Assembly: GCA_001776935.1 (NCBI GenBank)
Contig: MFDN01000001.1
Span: 229,449-293,448, forward strand
DNA length: 64,000 bases
Origin: Candidatus Daviesbacteria bacterium RIFCSPLOWO2_01_FULL_39_23
GTDB lineage: Bacteria; Patescibacteriota; Microgenomatia; Daviesbacterales; UBA10151
Direction of reading: 5' to 3'
Part shown: positions 19,966 through 29,961 of the stretch, piece by piece
Layout: each line of letters starts with the position of its first letter
Numbering within the stretch: position 1 is the first letter of the stretch
Notes under the pieces: model-generated
Told to the model about the DNA's origin: nothing
Seen by the model: only the letters and a program-made list of their open reading frames with translations
Databases searched by the model: none
Translations under genes and position numbers: made by a program

Positions 19966-21138
19966 ATGTTAATCAAACCCGATGTTGCGCGTTTTGCAAA
20001 GATAAAAGTAATGGGCCTTGGCGGCGGTGGTTCAAATTCCTTAAATTCCATGATTTCATTGCAGCAAATTCAAGGCGTTGAATTTGTGTCTGTGAATACT
20101 GATGCCCAGGCACTAATGAATAATCAGTCCCCTACCAAAGTTCAAATCGGAGAGACTTTAACCCGCGGATTGGGTTCAGGAGGAGATCCGGAAGTGGGGA
20201 AACAGGCGGCTGAGGAGTCTGCGCAAAAATTGGAGGATGTTTTACAGGATGCTGACATGGTATTTTTAACAGCCGGAATGGGAGGGGGAACAGGAACAGG
20301 TTCTATCCCTGTTGTGGCAGGGGTTGCCAAATCTTTGGGCGCATTAACTGTGGCGGTTGTGACAAAACCTTTCTCTTTTGAAGGCACAAGAAGAATGGTG
20401 GTGGCTGAGGATGGAATTGAGAAGTTAAAAGATAAAGTGGATGCATTAATTGTTATTCCAAACCAGAGACTTTTGGAAACAGTTGAGAAAAATATGACTT
20501 TACAGGAGGCTTTTAAGCTGGCAGACTCGGTTTTAGGCCAGGGTGTTCAGGGAATTTCAGATCTTATTACAATGCCGGGACTTATTAATGTGGATTTTGC
20601 AGATGTAAAAACCATTATGTCTTCTGCAGGTTCAGCTTTGATGGGTATTGGTGTGGCCGGAGGGGAAAACAGAGCGGCAGCAGCAGCCAGGATGGCAATT
20701 GCATCGCCGCTTCTTGAGGTTTCCATTGAGGGAGCAAAAGGAGTGCTGTTTAATATTGTAGGCGGCGCTGATCTTTCTATGACAGAAGTAAATGAGGCGG
20801 CCCAGATTATAGCTCAGGCTGCAGATCCTGATGCAAACATTATTTTTGGTGCAACTATAAAAGAAGACCAGTTAGATCAGGTTAAAATTTCGGTTATTGC
20901 CACAGGCTTTGATGAAACAAGAAGAAGGCTTAGGGAATATATAGGAAATGGTATAGGTTCTGCATCCATGCCCCAGCAGCAGCAAAATTCCTGGAATAAT
21001 CAACCGGCACCTACGAATAATTCTCATACACAACAAGCTGTGTCTGAACCTGAGGAAGAGGAAAAAGAAGAGAGAGTCCAGGATGGGGAAGATGAGGAAG
21101 ATTTGGAAATCCCCGCATTTTTAAGGTCTAACCGCTAA
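19966..21138 (+). CDS. ftsZ: Cell division protein FtsZ
   Basis: GMGGGTGTG tubulin motif, INVDFADV, C-terminal LEIPAFLR. Confidence 0.99.
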   Translation: MLIKPDVARFAKIKVMGLGGGGSNSLNSMISLQQIQGVEFVSVNTDAQALMNNQSPTKVQIGETLTRGLGSGGDPEVGKQAAEESAQKLEDVLQDADMVFLTAGMGGGTGTGSIPVVAGVAKSLGALTVAVVTKPFSFEGTRRMVVAEDGIEKLKDKVDALIVIPNQRLLETVEKNMTLQEAFKLADSVLGQGVQGISDLITMPGLINVDFADVKTIMSSAGSALMGIGVAGGENRAAAAARMAIASPLLEVSIEGAKGVLFNIVGGADLSMTEVNEAAQIIAQAADPDANIIFGATIKEDQLDQVKISVIATGFDETRRRLREYIGNGIGSASMPQQQQNSWNNQPAPTNNSHTQQAVSEPEEEEKEERVQDGEDEEDLEIPAFLRSNR

Positions 21139-21159
21139 AATCCTGTTATAATTATTTTG

Positions 21160-21392
21160 TTAGTTCGTGACTCCGCCGTTATTTAATTTACTGTCGTTGA
21201 GCAGGTTTTCTTTGAAGTTGTCCCCGTCTGCTCGGGGTCCTGTCAGCTCGGTTTCCCGTCGTACGTCCTCACTTGCTAATGGCTCGCTGCGGTCATGCGC
21301 CGGGATTCCCTCCTCACTGCCGCCCCTCGCCCTCGCGGTAAAAGATGATTTTGCCAATTAAATTAAATGAATGCAGGTAGCCTCGAGTCTTC
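21160..21392. other. GC-rich structured intergenic element or ncRNA candidate between ftsZ and ileS
   Basis: ATTTAATTTA (21181-21190) and TAAATTAAAT (21359-21368) inverted repeats enclose a GC-rich imperfect palindrome. Confidence 0.45.
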
Positions 21393-21416
21393 TATTCTGT
21401 TAAAATATCTAAAGTT

Positions 21417-24221
21417 ATGGCTAAATTTAAACCGGTTTCTTCACAGGTCAATTTTGCCCAAAATGAAGAAGAGCTAATAAATTTCTGGAAAGAAAATAAA
21501 ATATTTGAAAAATCCCTTGAAAGCCGGCCGCAGGATAAGAAATGGACTTTTTTAGACGGACCTCCTTTTGTGACCGGCACTCCTCATTACGGATCACTTC
21601 TTTCAAGCATCCCAAAAGACGTATTCGGCAGATATTGGACAATGAAAGGATACCGGGTCAGGCGGGTTTGGGGATGGGACGGACACGGTTTGCCAATTGA
21701 AAATAAGGTTGAAAATAAGCTTAAAATTAAAAGGAAAAAAGACATTGAAGAAAGTGTTGGGGTAAAAAAATTTATTGAAGAGTGTTTGGGGTATGTGAAC
21801 CAGGTGTCGTCTGAGTGGGAATGGTACATTGACCATATCGGCAGGTGGGTTGATTTTAAAAATGCTTATAAAACGTGGGATCTGCCGTACATGGAGTCTG
21901 TCATGTGGGTGTTTAAGCAAATGTATGATAAGGACTTAATTTATAAAGGTTTACGGGTTTCCCTGTATTGTCCGCATTGTTCGACTCCGATTTCCAATTT
22001 TGAGGTGGCAATGGATGCTGATAATTACAAAGATATTTCTGAGCCCACGGCAGTTTTTAAGTATCCTTTAAAGGATGAAAAAAATACTTTTCTTTTGGCC
22101 TGGTCTACTACGCCATGGAATAAATTAGTTACACCTGCTTTGGCAATAAACCCTAAACTAAATTATGTAAAAGTTAAGCAGGGTGAGGAGTTTTATATTT
22201 TGGCAAAAGGTACATTAAAAATGCTTGACGGAAAATTTGAAAAAATTGAGGAATTTAGGGGCAAGAAATTATTAGGCAAAGAATTTATTCCTCACTACAA
22301 CTTTTACAAAATTAATCCTGGTAAAAAAGCATTCATTGTGGTGGGGGATGAGTTTGTTACGGAAGAGGAGGGTACGGGAGTTGTGACCCTGGCAGTTTAC
22401 GGAGAAGAAGATTTAAAGGTGATGCAAAGGGAAAATATACAGCTCGTGATGCATCTGGATGAGGAAGGCACAATTGAAGATTATGTCCCCAATTTTGGAG
22501 GACTTAACTATCTTGAGGCAAACGACAAAGTCCTGCAAGACCTAAATTCCCGGCGATTAATATATAAAACCGACAGCTACACTCACTCGGTGCCTTTTTG
22601 CTGGAGATGTGCAACCCGGCTTTATTATGCACCAAAAGATGCATGGTTTGTAAATATTCAAAAAATAAAACAGAGGCTGTTTAAAAATAATGAAGCCATA
22701 AATTGGTTTCCTAAGCATTTCAAATACGGAAGGTTTGCCAAAAGCATGGAAGCGGCGCCTGATTGGAATATTTCAAGAAACAGATACTGGGGGTCGCCTG
22801 TTCCGGTTTGGGAATGTGGATGCGGAGAAAGGTTTGTTCCCGGATCAATCAAAGAGCTTGAGGAATTATCGGGTAAAAAGATTACAAATTTACACAAACC
22901 GGATATTGATGAGGTTAAGATTAAATGTTCAAAATGCGGGCAAATTGCAAGCAGGGTTCCAGAGGTTTTGGATTCCTGGATTGAGGCGGGATCTGCATCT
23001 TTTGCAGAGAGACATTTCCCGTTTAAGGAAGGTGTAAAGCTGGAGGATTTTTTCCCTCCTGATTTTATTGCAGAATACACAGGACAAATCCGGGCCTGGT
23101 TTTATGTGCTGCATGTTTTGGGAACAGCCCTTTTTGACAGCCCTGCTTTTAAAAATGTTTTGGTGGAAGGGGTGATGCTGGGGATAGACGGCAGGAAAAT
23201 GAGTAAAAATTATAATAATTACCCGGATCCTAAAGGTTTGATGCAGCAGTATGGAGGAGATGCGTTAAGGCTTTACCTTTTGGGGTCTCCGATTATGAAA
23301 GGGGAGGATGTAAATTTTTCAAATGACGGAGTGCCGGAAGTGACCAGGGGATTTATGCTGATTTTATGGAACAGCTACAAATACTTTATTGATTATGCCA
23401 ACACTTTTGGATGGGAGAAAAGCGGTCCTGAGAATTTAAATATCTTGGACAGGTGGATTTTATCAAAGCTTGTAAAAGTTACGTCAGATGTGACAAAAAA
23501 CTATGAAAAATACGATACTTTTACAGTGGTAAAGCTCCTTAGGGAATTTATTGTTAATGATTTATCAACCTGGTACATCAGAAGATCAAGGGATAGAATA
23601 AGCGGTGAAAATGCGGCGGAAAGAAATACGGCTCTCAGTATATTGTATGAAGTTTTGGTTACTTATGCAAAGCTTTTGGCGCCCCTTGCCCCGTTTATAT
23701 CCGAGGAAATTTTTAGGAATTTGACCGGTGGGGAGTCAGTGCATCTTGCGGAATTTCCTAAGGAAGAAAAATCAGCACCGGATGAAGAATTAATAAGAGG
23801 CATGGTTTTAATAAGAAAAATTGCGGAGATGGGTCTTGCTAAAAGAAAAGAAGCAGGGATAAAGTTGAGACAGCCGCTTGCGCAGGTTTTATACAAATCA
23901 CCTGAAAGGTTAAGCGGGGAACTTGAGGTAATACTTGCGGCAGAACTTAATGTTAAAAAAGTTGGGTATGAAAAGTCATCAAAAGAAGAGCCCCAGGTGA
24001 TATTGGAAACAAGTCTTACTCAGGAGCTTAAGGAAGAAGGCGAGGCAAGGGATTTAATCAGGCAGATACAACAGCTGCGCAAGGAACAGGGTTTAACTTT
24101 GGCAGATAAGACAAAAATTATTACTCCTTCTTATCCCGATGCTTTTGAAAGTCAAATTTTGCAGGGGACGACCTCTGTTTCTATAGAAAAAGGTCCTGAG
24201 CTTAAAGTATCAAAGGTATAA
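21417..24221 (+). CDS. ileS: Isoleucine--tRNA ligase (type 2)
   Basis: DGPPF..PHYGS, WGWDGHGLPIE, DWNISRNRYWG, KMSK, YGGDALRLY, WYIRRSRDR. Confidence 0.95.
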   Translation: MAKFKPVSSQVNFAQNEEELINFWKENKIFEKSLESRPQDKKWTFLDGPPFVTGTPHYGSLLSSIPKDVFGRYWTMKGYRVRRVWGWDGHGLPIENKVENKLKIKRKKDIEESVGVKKFIEECLGYVNQVSSEWEWYIDHIGRWVDFKNAYKTWDLPYMESVMWVFKQMYDKDLIYKGLRVSLYCPHCSTPISNFEVAMDADNYKDISEPTAVFKYPLKDEKNTFLLAWSTTPWNKLVTPALAINPKLNYVKVKQGEEFYILAKGTLKMLDGKFEKIEEFRGKKLLGKEFIPHYNFYKINPGKKAFIVVGDEFVTEEEGTGVVTLAVYGEEDLKVMQRENIQLVMHLDEEGTIEDYVPNFGGLNYLEANDKVLQDLNSRRLIYKTDSYTHSVPFCWRCATRLYYAPKDAWFVNIQKIKQRLFKNNEAINWFPKHFKYGRFAKSMEAAPDWNISRNRYWGSPVPVWECGCGERFVPGSIKELEELSGKKITNLHKPDIDEVKIKCSKCGQIASRVPEVLDSWIEAGSASFAERHFPFKEGVKLEDFFPPDFIAEYTGQIRAWFYVLHVLGTALFDSPAFKNVLVEGVMLGIDGRKMSKNYNNYPDPKGLMQQYGGDALRLYLLGSPIMKGEDVNFSNDGVPEVTRGFMLILWNSYKYFIDYANTFGWEKSGPENLNILDRWILSKLVKVTSDVTKNYEKYDTFTVVKLLREFIVNDLSTWYIRRSRDRISGENAAERNTALSILYEVLVTYAKLLAPLAPFISEEIFRNLTGGESVHLAEFPKEEKSAPDEELIRGMVLIRKIAEMGLAKRKEAGIKLRQPLAQVLYKSPERLSGELEVILAAELNVKKVGYEKSSKEEPQVILETSLTQELKEEGEARDLIRQIQQLRKEQGLTLADKTKIITPSYPDAFESQILQGTTSVSIEKGPELKVSKV

Positions 24222-25267
24222 TGAACCTTCTAAAAATTGTTAATCTTCCTATTGTTTTAACAAGTTTTTTACTTGTTTCTATAGGCGTGCTGGTGATTTA
24301 TTCATCTTCTGCTGAGTTGGCTATCCAGCAAACTATTTTTACTTTTGCAGGATTGATTTTCTTTTTTTTGGTTTCACAAATAGAGCTTTCTTCAATCAGA
24401 AGCTTAATCAAGCCATTTTACATTTTTATTGCTTTTTTGTTGGTTGTTGTTTTAATTTTGGGTATTGAGACAAGGGGATCTTTGAGGTGGATCCCTCTTG
24501 GAATATTTAATGTTCAGCCCTCGGAATTTGCAAAACCTGCATTAATTTTACTTTTGGCAAAATTCTGGTCGGAGAAGCCTGCAACCTGGATTAATATTTT
24601 TAAAAGCCTGCTTTGGACTTCACCGGTGATGCTGTTGATTTTTAAGCAGCCGGATTTGGGATCAACTCTTACTATAACAGCTATTTGGCTTGGTATGCTG
24701 ATAGCGGCCCGCGTTTCTTTCAAAAAAATCATACTGCTTGCTTTGATTTTTCTTATGGTGATTCCTGTGGGCTGGATATTTTTGCAGCCTTATCAAAAAG
24801 AAAGGATTGTTTCTTTTTTGGCGCCGCAGTCTGATCCTTTAGGCAAGGGTTATAACGTAATCCAGTCAACAATTGCTGTTGGATCAGGTGAGCTGTTTGG
24901 CAGGGGACTTGGGAGGGGAACCCAGTCCAGGCTGCAGTTTTTACCGGAATTTCGAACTGATTTTATTTTTGCTTTTATTGCGGAAGAAATGGGATTTGTG
25001 GGTTCTATGCTGATACTGTCGCTTTATTTATTCTTGCTATTTTGTTGTTTAAAGCTTGCCTTCATGGCAGACAGCTCATTTAGCTTCCTTATTATATTAG
25101 GGGTAGTATCAATGTTTTTATTTCAGACTGTTGTTAATATCGGGATGAATATAGGGGTTTTGCCGATCACCGGAATTACTTTGCCGCTGATATCATACGG
25201 AGGCAGTTCCCTGGTGGCTACGCTGATATCGCTTGGGATGGTTGCATCTTGTGCTAAAAAAGGGTAA
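24221..25267 (+). CDS. rodA: Rod shape-determining SEDS protein RodA
   Basis: QPSEFAK, KQPDLGS, GYNVIQSTIAVGSG, GTQSRLQFLPEFRTDFIF. Confidence 0.92.
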   Translation: MNLLKIVNLPIVLTSFLLVSIGVLVIYSSSAELAIQQTIFTFAGLIFFFLVSQIELSSIRSLIKPFYIFIAFLLVVVLILGIETRGSLRWIPLGIFNVQPSEFAKPALILLLAKFWSEKPATWINIFKSLLWTSPVMLLIFKQPDLGSTLTITAIWLGMLIAARVSFKKIILLALIFLMVIPVGWIFLQPYQKERIVSFLAPQSDPLGKGYNVIQSTIAVGSGELFGRGLGRGTQSRLQFLPEFRTDFIFAFIAEEMGFVGSMLILSLYLFLLFCCLKLAFMADSSFSFLIILGVVSMFLFQTVVNIGMNIGVLPITGITLPLISYGGSSLVATLISLGMVASCAKKG

Positions 25268-25277
25268 AATCATCAGC

Positions 25278-25628
25278 ATGTCAAACTACGCAATTTGCGA
25301 GATTTCGGGAAAGCAGTATAAAGTTGTTCCCGGTCAGAATTTAGAAGTGGATTTTTTGGGAGAAGAGGGAAAAGATCTTGAAGTGAATGTATTACTTTTA
25401 TCTGATGATGGTAAGTTGCAAATAGGCAGTCCTTTTTTGAAGGAAAAACTGACTTTAAAAAGAGTTGAAAACATTAAGGGTGAGAAGATCAGGGTTTCTA
25501 AATTTCATGCTAAAGCAAACTTCAGGAAGACAATTGGCTACAGATCTAAGCTTACAAAAGTGGTTTGGGATCTACCAGTTAAGAAAGCAGAAGTGAAGAA
25601 TGAAGCTAAAAAAAGCGTGAAAAGCTAA
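25278..25628 (+). CDS. rplU: 50S ribosomal protein L21
   Basis: YAICEISGKQYKV, IGSPFL, KGEKIRV; followed by rpmA. Confidence 0.95.
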   Translation: MSNYAICEISGKQYKVVPGQNLEVDFLGEEGKDLEVNVLLLSDDGKLQIGSPFLKEKLTLKRVENIKGEKIRVSKFHAKANFRKTIGYRSKLTKVVWDLPVKKAEVKNEAKKSVKS

Positions 25629-25715
25629 GCAGAATGTATTGACTTAATTTTTCACAGGGATTAATATTTAAAAACTAAATAAGAAAAAGGTTAGTTCAGA
25701 AAGGTCCAAAATAAA

Positions 25716-25961
25716 ATGGCACATAAAACAGGCGGAGGAAGCACCAGAAAAAATAGAGATTCAGTATCAAAGCGCTTGGGCGTTAAGCTTTTTGGCGGTC
25801 AAAAAGCAGAAGCCGGAAATATTATAATCCGCCAAAAAGGAAATAAGTTTTATCCCGGAACAGGCACAAAACAGGGAAATGATTTTACGATTTACTCTAT
25901 AATTTCAGGTAAAGTGGAATTCAAGAAAAAAGTAGGCAAAAAAATAGTTAGTATTGTTTAA
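25716..25961 (+). CDS. rpmA: 50S ribosomal protein L27
   Basis: MAHKTGGGSTRKNRDS..KRLGVKLFGGQ..AGNIIIRQKG. Confidence 0.97.
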   Translation: MAHKTGGGSTRKNRDSVSKRLGVKLFGGQKAEAGNIIIRQKGNKFYPGTGTKQGNDFTIYSIISGKVEFKKKVGKKIVSIV

Positions 25962-25976
25962 ATTAGTCCGCTATTT

Positions 25977-26828
25977 ATGGATGAGCAAATATACGAACTT
26001 GAGATAGATCTTCTACAGCCCAACCCTCTGCAGCCAAGAGGACTTATAAGTCCTGATTCGCTAGCAGAACTTGCGCATTCAATAAAAGCCCATGGAATAC
26101 TTGAGCCTTTAGTGGTTGCAAAAACACCTGCCGGATACCAGATAATCGCAGGCGAACGGAGATGGAGAGCTTCTAAAGTTGTTGGATTATCCAAAGTGCC
26201 GGTGATAATCCGCGAAACCAGTCCGCAGGGAATGCTGGAGATGGCTATTGTAGAAAACGTACAAAGGATTGACTTAAACCCCCTTGAGCGCGCACAGGCT
26301 TACAGAAGACTGATGGATGAGTTTAACATGACCAATCAGGAAATTTCCGAAAAAGTATCCAAAAGCCCCTCATACATTTCCAATACAATAAGACTGCTTA
26401 TTTTGCCTGATGCATTAAAAGATGCTTTAATGGCAGGGGCAACCTCAGAAGGTCATGCCAGGGCGCTGGCGGCTTTGGAAGATCCGCATTTGATCATTAA
26501 TGCATATAAAGATGTTCTAAAAAGAAATTTGTCTGTGAGGGGGACAGAGGAGCTGGTCCGCAGACTGAGGGTGGAGAAGGGGATCGGACCAAAAAAGCTG
26601 GCTGATGTGGATTCCATGCGTATTTTTTCAGAAGATATTGATAAGATGCAGGAAAATATTTCCAATGTTTTAGCGCGCCGGGCAGAAAAGTTTCATGTTA
26701 AATGTCAGTTAACCGGCAAAAGGGCAAGACTTGAGATGTTGATTGACGGTGATCCTGATAAAACCACTCCCCTTTTGGAAGACCTTCATCAGGCAATTGT
26801 GGGGTATTTTAATTTGAAGGAAAACTGA
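25977..26828 (+). CDS. parB: ParB/Spo0J chromosome partitioning protein
   Basis: PNPLQPR, IIAGERRWRA, ENVQRIDLNPLE, HTH, SEGHARAL. Confidence 0.93.
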   Translation: MDEQIYELEIDLLQPNPLQPRGLISPDSLAELAHSIKAHGILEPLVVAKTPAGYQIIAGERRWRASKVVGLSKVPVIIRETSPQGMLEMAIVENVQRIDLNPLERAQAYRRLMDEFNMTNQEISEKVSKSPSYISNTIRLLILPDALKDALMAGATSEGHARALAALEDPHLIINAYKDVLKRNLSVRGTEELVRRLRVEKGIGPKKLADVDSMRIFSEDIDKMQENISNVLARRAEKFHVKCQLTGKRARLEMLIDGDPDKTTPLLEDLHQAIVGYFNLKEN

Positions 26829-26829
26829 G

Positions 26830-27435
26830 TTACTTATTGGTTAATAAGCCGACGTCCGGCACGGGGAAGTATCTGAAAAGCGCCCTGCCGACAATTTCTT
26901 CTTTTGTGACCGGTCCCCATTCCCTTGAATCGGATGAGTGTTCCCTATTGTCGCCGAAAGCAAAATATTGATTACTCCCCACTTTAACAGATGAGCCTTC
27001 TGTTAAAAAAGCGCCTGAATGAGTCGGGGTGCTGGGCGGCAGATATTTTTCTTCTAAGATTTTGCCGTTTACAAGCACATTGCCATTTGAAATTTCTACT
27101 GTGTCCCCCGGTACGGCAATTATTCTTTTTATAAAATCCTGGGATTCATTGCGGGGGTTTTTAAGTACAATAATTTCCCCGCTTTTTGGGGCTCTGAACC
27201 TGTAGCTTACTTTTTCGGTGACAAGATAATCGCCATTATGCATGGTGGGAACCATCGAATTTCCTGAGACCTTATGAAATTGAGCTACAAAAAGATAAAT
27301 ACTGGCAAAAATTGCCCCAAACACCACTAATGTTTCTATGAACTCAACTAAATATCCGCTTAAGCGTTCAAAGAACCCTTTTTGATTAGTATCTCCCAAA
27401 TATTGGTCGCTGGTGTAGGGGGTATTCGGATCCAT
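26830..27435 (-). CDS. lepB: Signal peptidase I
   Basis: SGNSMVPT, FIKRIIAVPGD, GDNREHSSDSREWG. Confidence 0.96.
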   Translation of the reverse strand: MDPNTPYTSDQYLGDTNQKGFFERLSGYLVEFIETLVVFGAIFASIYLFVAQFHKVSGNSMVPTMHNGDYLVTEKVSYRFRAPKSGEIIVLKNPRNESQDFIKRIIAVPGDTVEISNGNVLVNGKILEEKYLPPSTPTHSGAFLTEGSSVKVGSNQYFAFGDNREHSSDSREWGPVTKEEIVGRALFRYFPVPDVGLLTNK

Positions 27436-27501
27436 AAGGCTGATTATCTCAAAGATTTAGGTTGTGAAGCAAGGGCTAGAATGCTAAAATGAGCATGATT
27501 A

Positions 27502-27575
27502 GGAGTTGTAGCTCAGTTGGCTAGAGCGCTTCGTTCACATCGAAGAGGTCACAGGTTCAAGTCCTGTCAACTCCA
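27502..27575 (+). tRNA. tRNA-Val (CAC)
   Basis: Cloverleaf: acceptor GGAGTTG/CAACTCC, anticodon arm CTTCG-TTCACAT-CGAAG, T-loop GGTTCAAGTCC; CCA not encoded. Confidence 0.95.
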
Positions 27576-27580
27576 CTTAA

Positions 27581-28690
27581 ATGAATAAAAATAACTTATG
27601 GTCAATTGCAGGGGGTTTGATTTTGGTGCTTGGTCTTATTTTCGGAATATACCTAACTAGGCAGGAAGCAATTCGGATTCCTCAGAAAAATTTGGCCACC
27701 CCCACAAACATACCGGTTGTAACTTCTACGCAAAACTTTCTTGAGCCGGCTAAAACTATAAAAGGGTGGAAAACTTTTTATGGATCTCATTTTTCACTAC
27801 AATATCCGCCTGATTGGGTTTTAAAAAATTATCTGGACGGACAAATTTATTTGACAAACGCTGAATTCAAAGAAACAGGAAATTATGTTTGCAGTCCTTC
27901 AGAATCAAGGGCTACTTTGGAAAGCCGTATTACACCAACAGAGAGAGGTTTAGGATTATATAAAGTAGTTACCGAGTCAGAATTTTATAATGTAAATAGT
28001 GAATTTTGGAATGTAGGAACAGGGGGTGGAGGAACTTCCGATATTACGATGAAAATATTACCGCTGGGAAATAAAAAGGCAGTTTTGAGAAATGTTCTCT
28101 GGACATCTGGATACGAATGTTGGACTAAACCAAGAATGGATTACATGAGCCTTCTTTATTTAGGAGGAAATGACGAAACAGAACAACTTATTTTGCGAGG
28201 TTACTATTATCCGGATGAAGGTTTCAAACAGATTATTGATACTATTCTTTCCACTATTAATTTTAATTTTGACGTAAAAGCTGTATCGCCTTCTTCTTTG
28301 CTAATACAGAATCAATGCACTAAATATTCAACATATGGTTATCCTCGAGCGTTATATAAATGTGGTAATTATTATTCATTATATCCATCAAGGACAGGAA
28401 CTGATGACCCGGTAGTATTATTAGATTCAAATGGTGATCCTGTTGCCGAGTGCAACCGGAAAAAAACTTTTTTCCAAATACAAAACCCCTTATGCGATAT
28501 AAAATGTGATGAAAATACTAATCTTTGCGATGGTATTGGTATTGATTGTCCCCGTACAGGAGATTATAAGGGAGACCTTTGTACATTAGAAAACCATTTC
28601 AGAATGGACTGTCTTACCGATACTCATTGCAGTAGCAAATACTTCTGTAATTATATTAAAGATTATTACTTGAGAAGTTTATGCCGTTAG
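27581..28690 (+). CDS. Hypothetical membrane-anchored protein (PsbP-like start motif, Cys-rich C-terminus)
   Basis: N-terminal TM, GWKTF..FSLQYPPDW, about ten Cys in the last ~125 aa. Confidence 0.7.
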   Translation: MNKNNLWSIAGGLILVLGLIFGIYLTRQEAIRIPQKNLATPTNIPVVTSTQNFLEPAKTIKGWKTFYGSHFSLQYPPDWVLKNYLDGQIYLTNAEFKETGNYVCSPSESRATLESRITPTERGLGLYKVVTESEFYNVNSEFWNVGTGGGGTSDITMKILPLGNKKAVLRNVLWTSGYECWTKPRMDYMSLLYLGGNDETEQLILRGYYYPDEGFKQIIDTILSTINFNFDVKAVSPSSLLIQNQCTKYSTYGYPRALYKCGNYYSLYPSRTGTDDPVVLLDSNGDPVAECNRKKTFFQIQNPLCDIKCDENTNLCDGIGIDCPRTGDYKGDLCTLENHFRMDCLTDTHCSSKYFCNYIKDYYLRSLCR

Positions 28691-28731
28691 TTAATTAATT
28701 ATCTGAATTAAATTTCTGATACAATTGAGAT

Positions 28732-29961
28732 GTGAAGGCAATTTTAACGCAGGGTTTTTATGTTTTTTTTGCGCAAAGCATAACGCGGGTAATTGGTTTT
28801 TTTTATGTGATATTTTTGGCGCGCAACCTGGGGGTTTCTGATTTTGGACTTTTTAGCGTGGCTTTGGCATATTTTTCCATAATCTCGGGATTTGCAGATT
28901 TTGGTTTTAACAGGTTTTTAACCAGGGAAATTGCAAAAGATAAGCTTAAAGCTCCGGAAATTTTATGGACCGTGACGCTTTTGCGGTTAAGTTTAACATC
29001 GGTTTTATTTGCCGTGTTTTCACTTGTGTTATACGTGCAGGATCCCGATAAGGTCAGGGTTAGCCTGATACTTTTGGCAACTTTGGCAATTTTACCTCAG
29101 GCAGTTGCTTTAACTTTGGACGCGGTGTTTGCCGCATTTCAGAAACTGCAGTTTTCCGCTGTTGCGCTTTTTATATCCTCAATATCTACGGTTATTGCAG
29201 GATTTTTCTTAATAAGCAGGGGCTTTGGGACAATGGGGGCTGTGAATGCCTTAATTTTTGGGCAGTTTGTTTATATGATAGCTTTGATTTTATTTTTAAT
29301 AAAATATAAAGTTTTTAACTTTTCCAAAGTCAATTTTACTCAGGTTAAGGATGCAATAAAGGGGTCTTTGCCTTACGGACTTTTATCTGTTTTAGGGCTT
29401 GTATATTTTCGGATAGATACGGTTTTGCTTTCGTATTTGCGGGGCAATTTTGAAACAGGATTATACGGTGTTGGCTTTAGGTTTTTGGAGGCTGCAACTT
29501 TCGTACCGGCTGCTTTTTCCCTGGCGCTTTTTCCGGTGCTTGCCAGGATGCATGAGGGTGCAGGCGGGGATTTAAGAAAAATTTATTTTAAATCTTTTAA
29601 GATTATGCTTTTGATAGGGGTTTTTGCAGTATTGGGATATTTTTTAGTATTGCCGCGGATTATTGAGACACTTTTGCCAAATTATTCACAGTCAATTCCT
29701 GTAATTAAGATTTTGTCTTTGGCAATTCCTTTTATGTTTATTCATGCACCAGCTGTTTCTTTGCTTTTATCAACGGATAAATATTTAAAAGATGTTTTGA
29801 TTCTTTCGGTGCTGGCTGTTTCTTTTAATATTATTGCCAATTTGATATTTATCCCAAAATACGGACTGTTTGCCGCTGCATATGTTACTGTTCTTTCTGA
29901 AATTTTATCTTTTGTTGTATTTTTCCTGCTTATTAAAAAAAGGATTTTGGATAAAACTTAA
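28732..29961 (+). CDS. Wzx/MOP family polysaccharide flippase
   Basis: LARNLGVSDFG, DFGFNRFLTREIA, RIDTVLLS, NLIFIPKYG. Confidence 0.9.
   Translation: MKAILTQGFYVFFAQSITRVIGFFYVIFLARNLGVSDFGLFSVALAYFSIISGFADFGFNRFLTREIAKDKLKAPEILWTVTLLRLSLTSVLFAVFSLVLYVQDPDKVRVSLILLATLAILPQAVALTLDAVFAAFQKLQFSAVALFISSISTVIAGFFLISRGFGTMGAVNALIFGQFVYMIALILFLIKYKVFNFSKVNFTQVKDAIKGSLPYGLLSVLGLVYFRIDTVLLSYLRGNFETGLYGVGFRFLEAATFVPAAFSLALFPVLARMHEGAGGDLRKIYFKSFKIMLLIGVFAVLGYFLVLPRIIETLLPNYSQSIPVIKILSLAIPFMFIHAPAVSLLLSTDKYLKDVLILSVLAVSFNIIANLIFIPKYGLFAAAYVTVLSEILSFVVFFLLIKKRILDKT

Noticed and set aside
21160-21361. Two 64-65 aa ORFs on opposite strands
   Set aside because: Low-complexity translations of a GC-rich palindrome with no protein features.
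21140-21416. T-box riboswitch upstream of ileS
   Set aside because: No GGTGG(N)ACC T-box sequence or terminator before the ATG was found.
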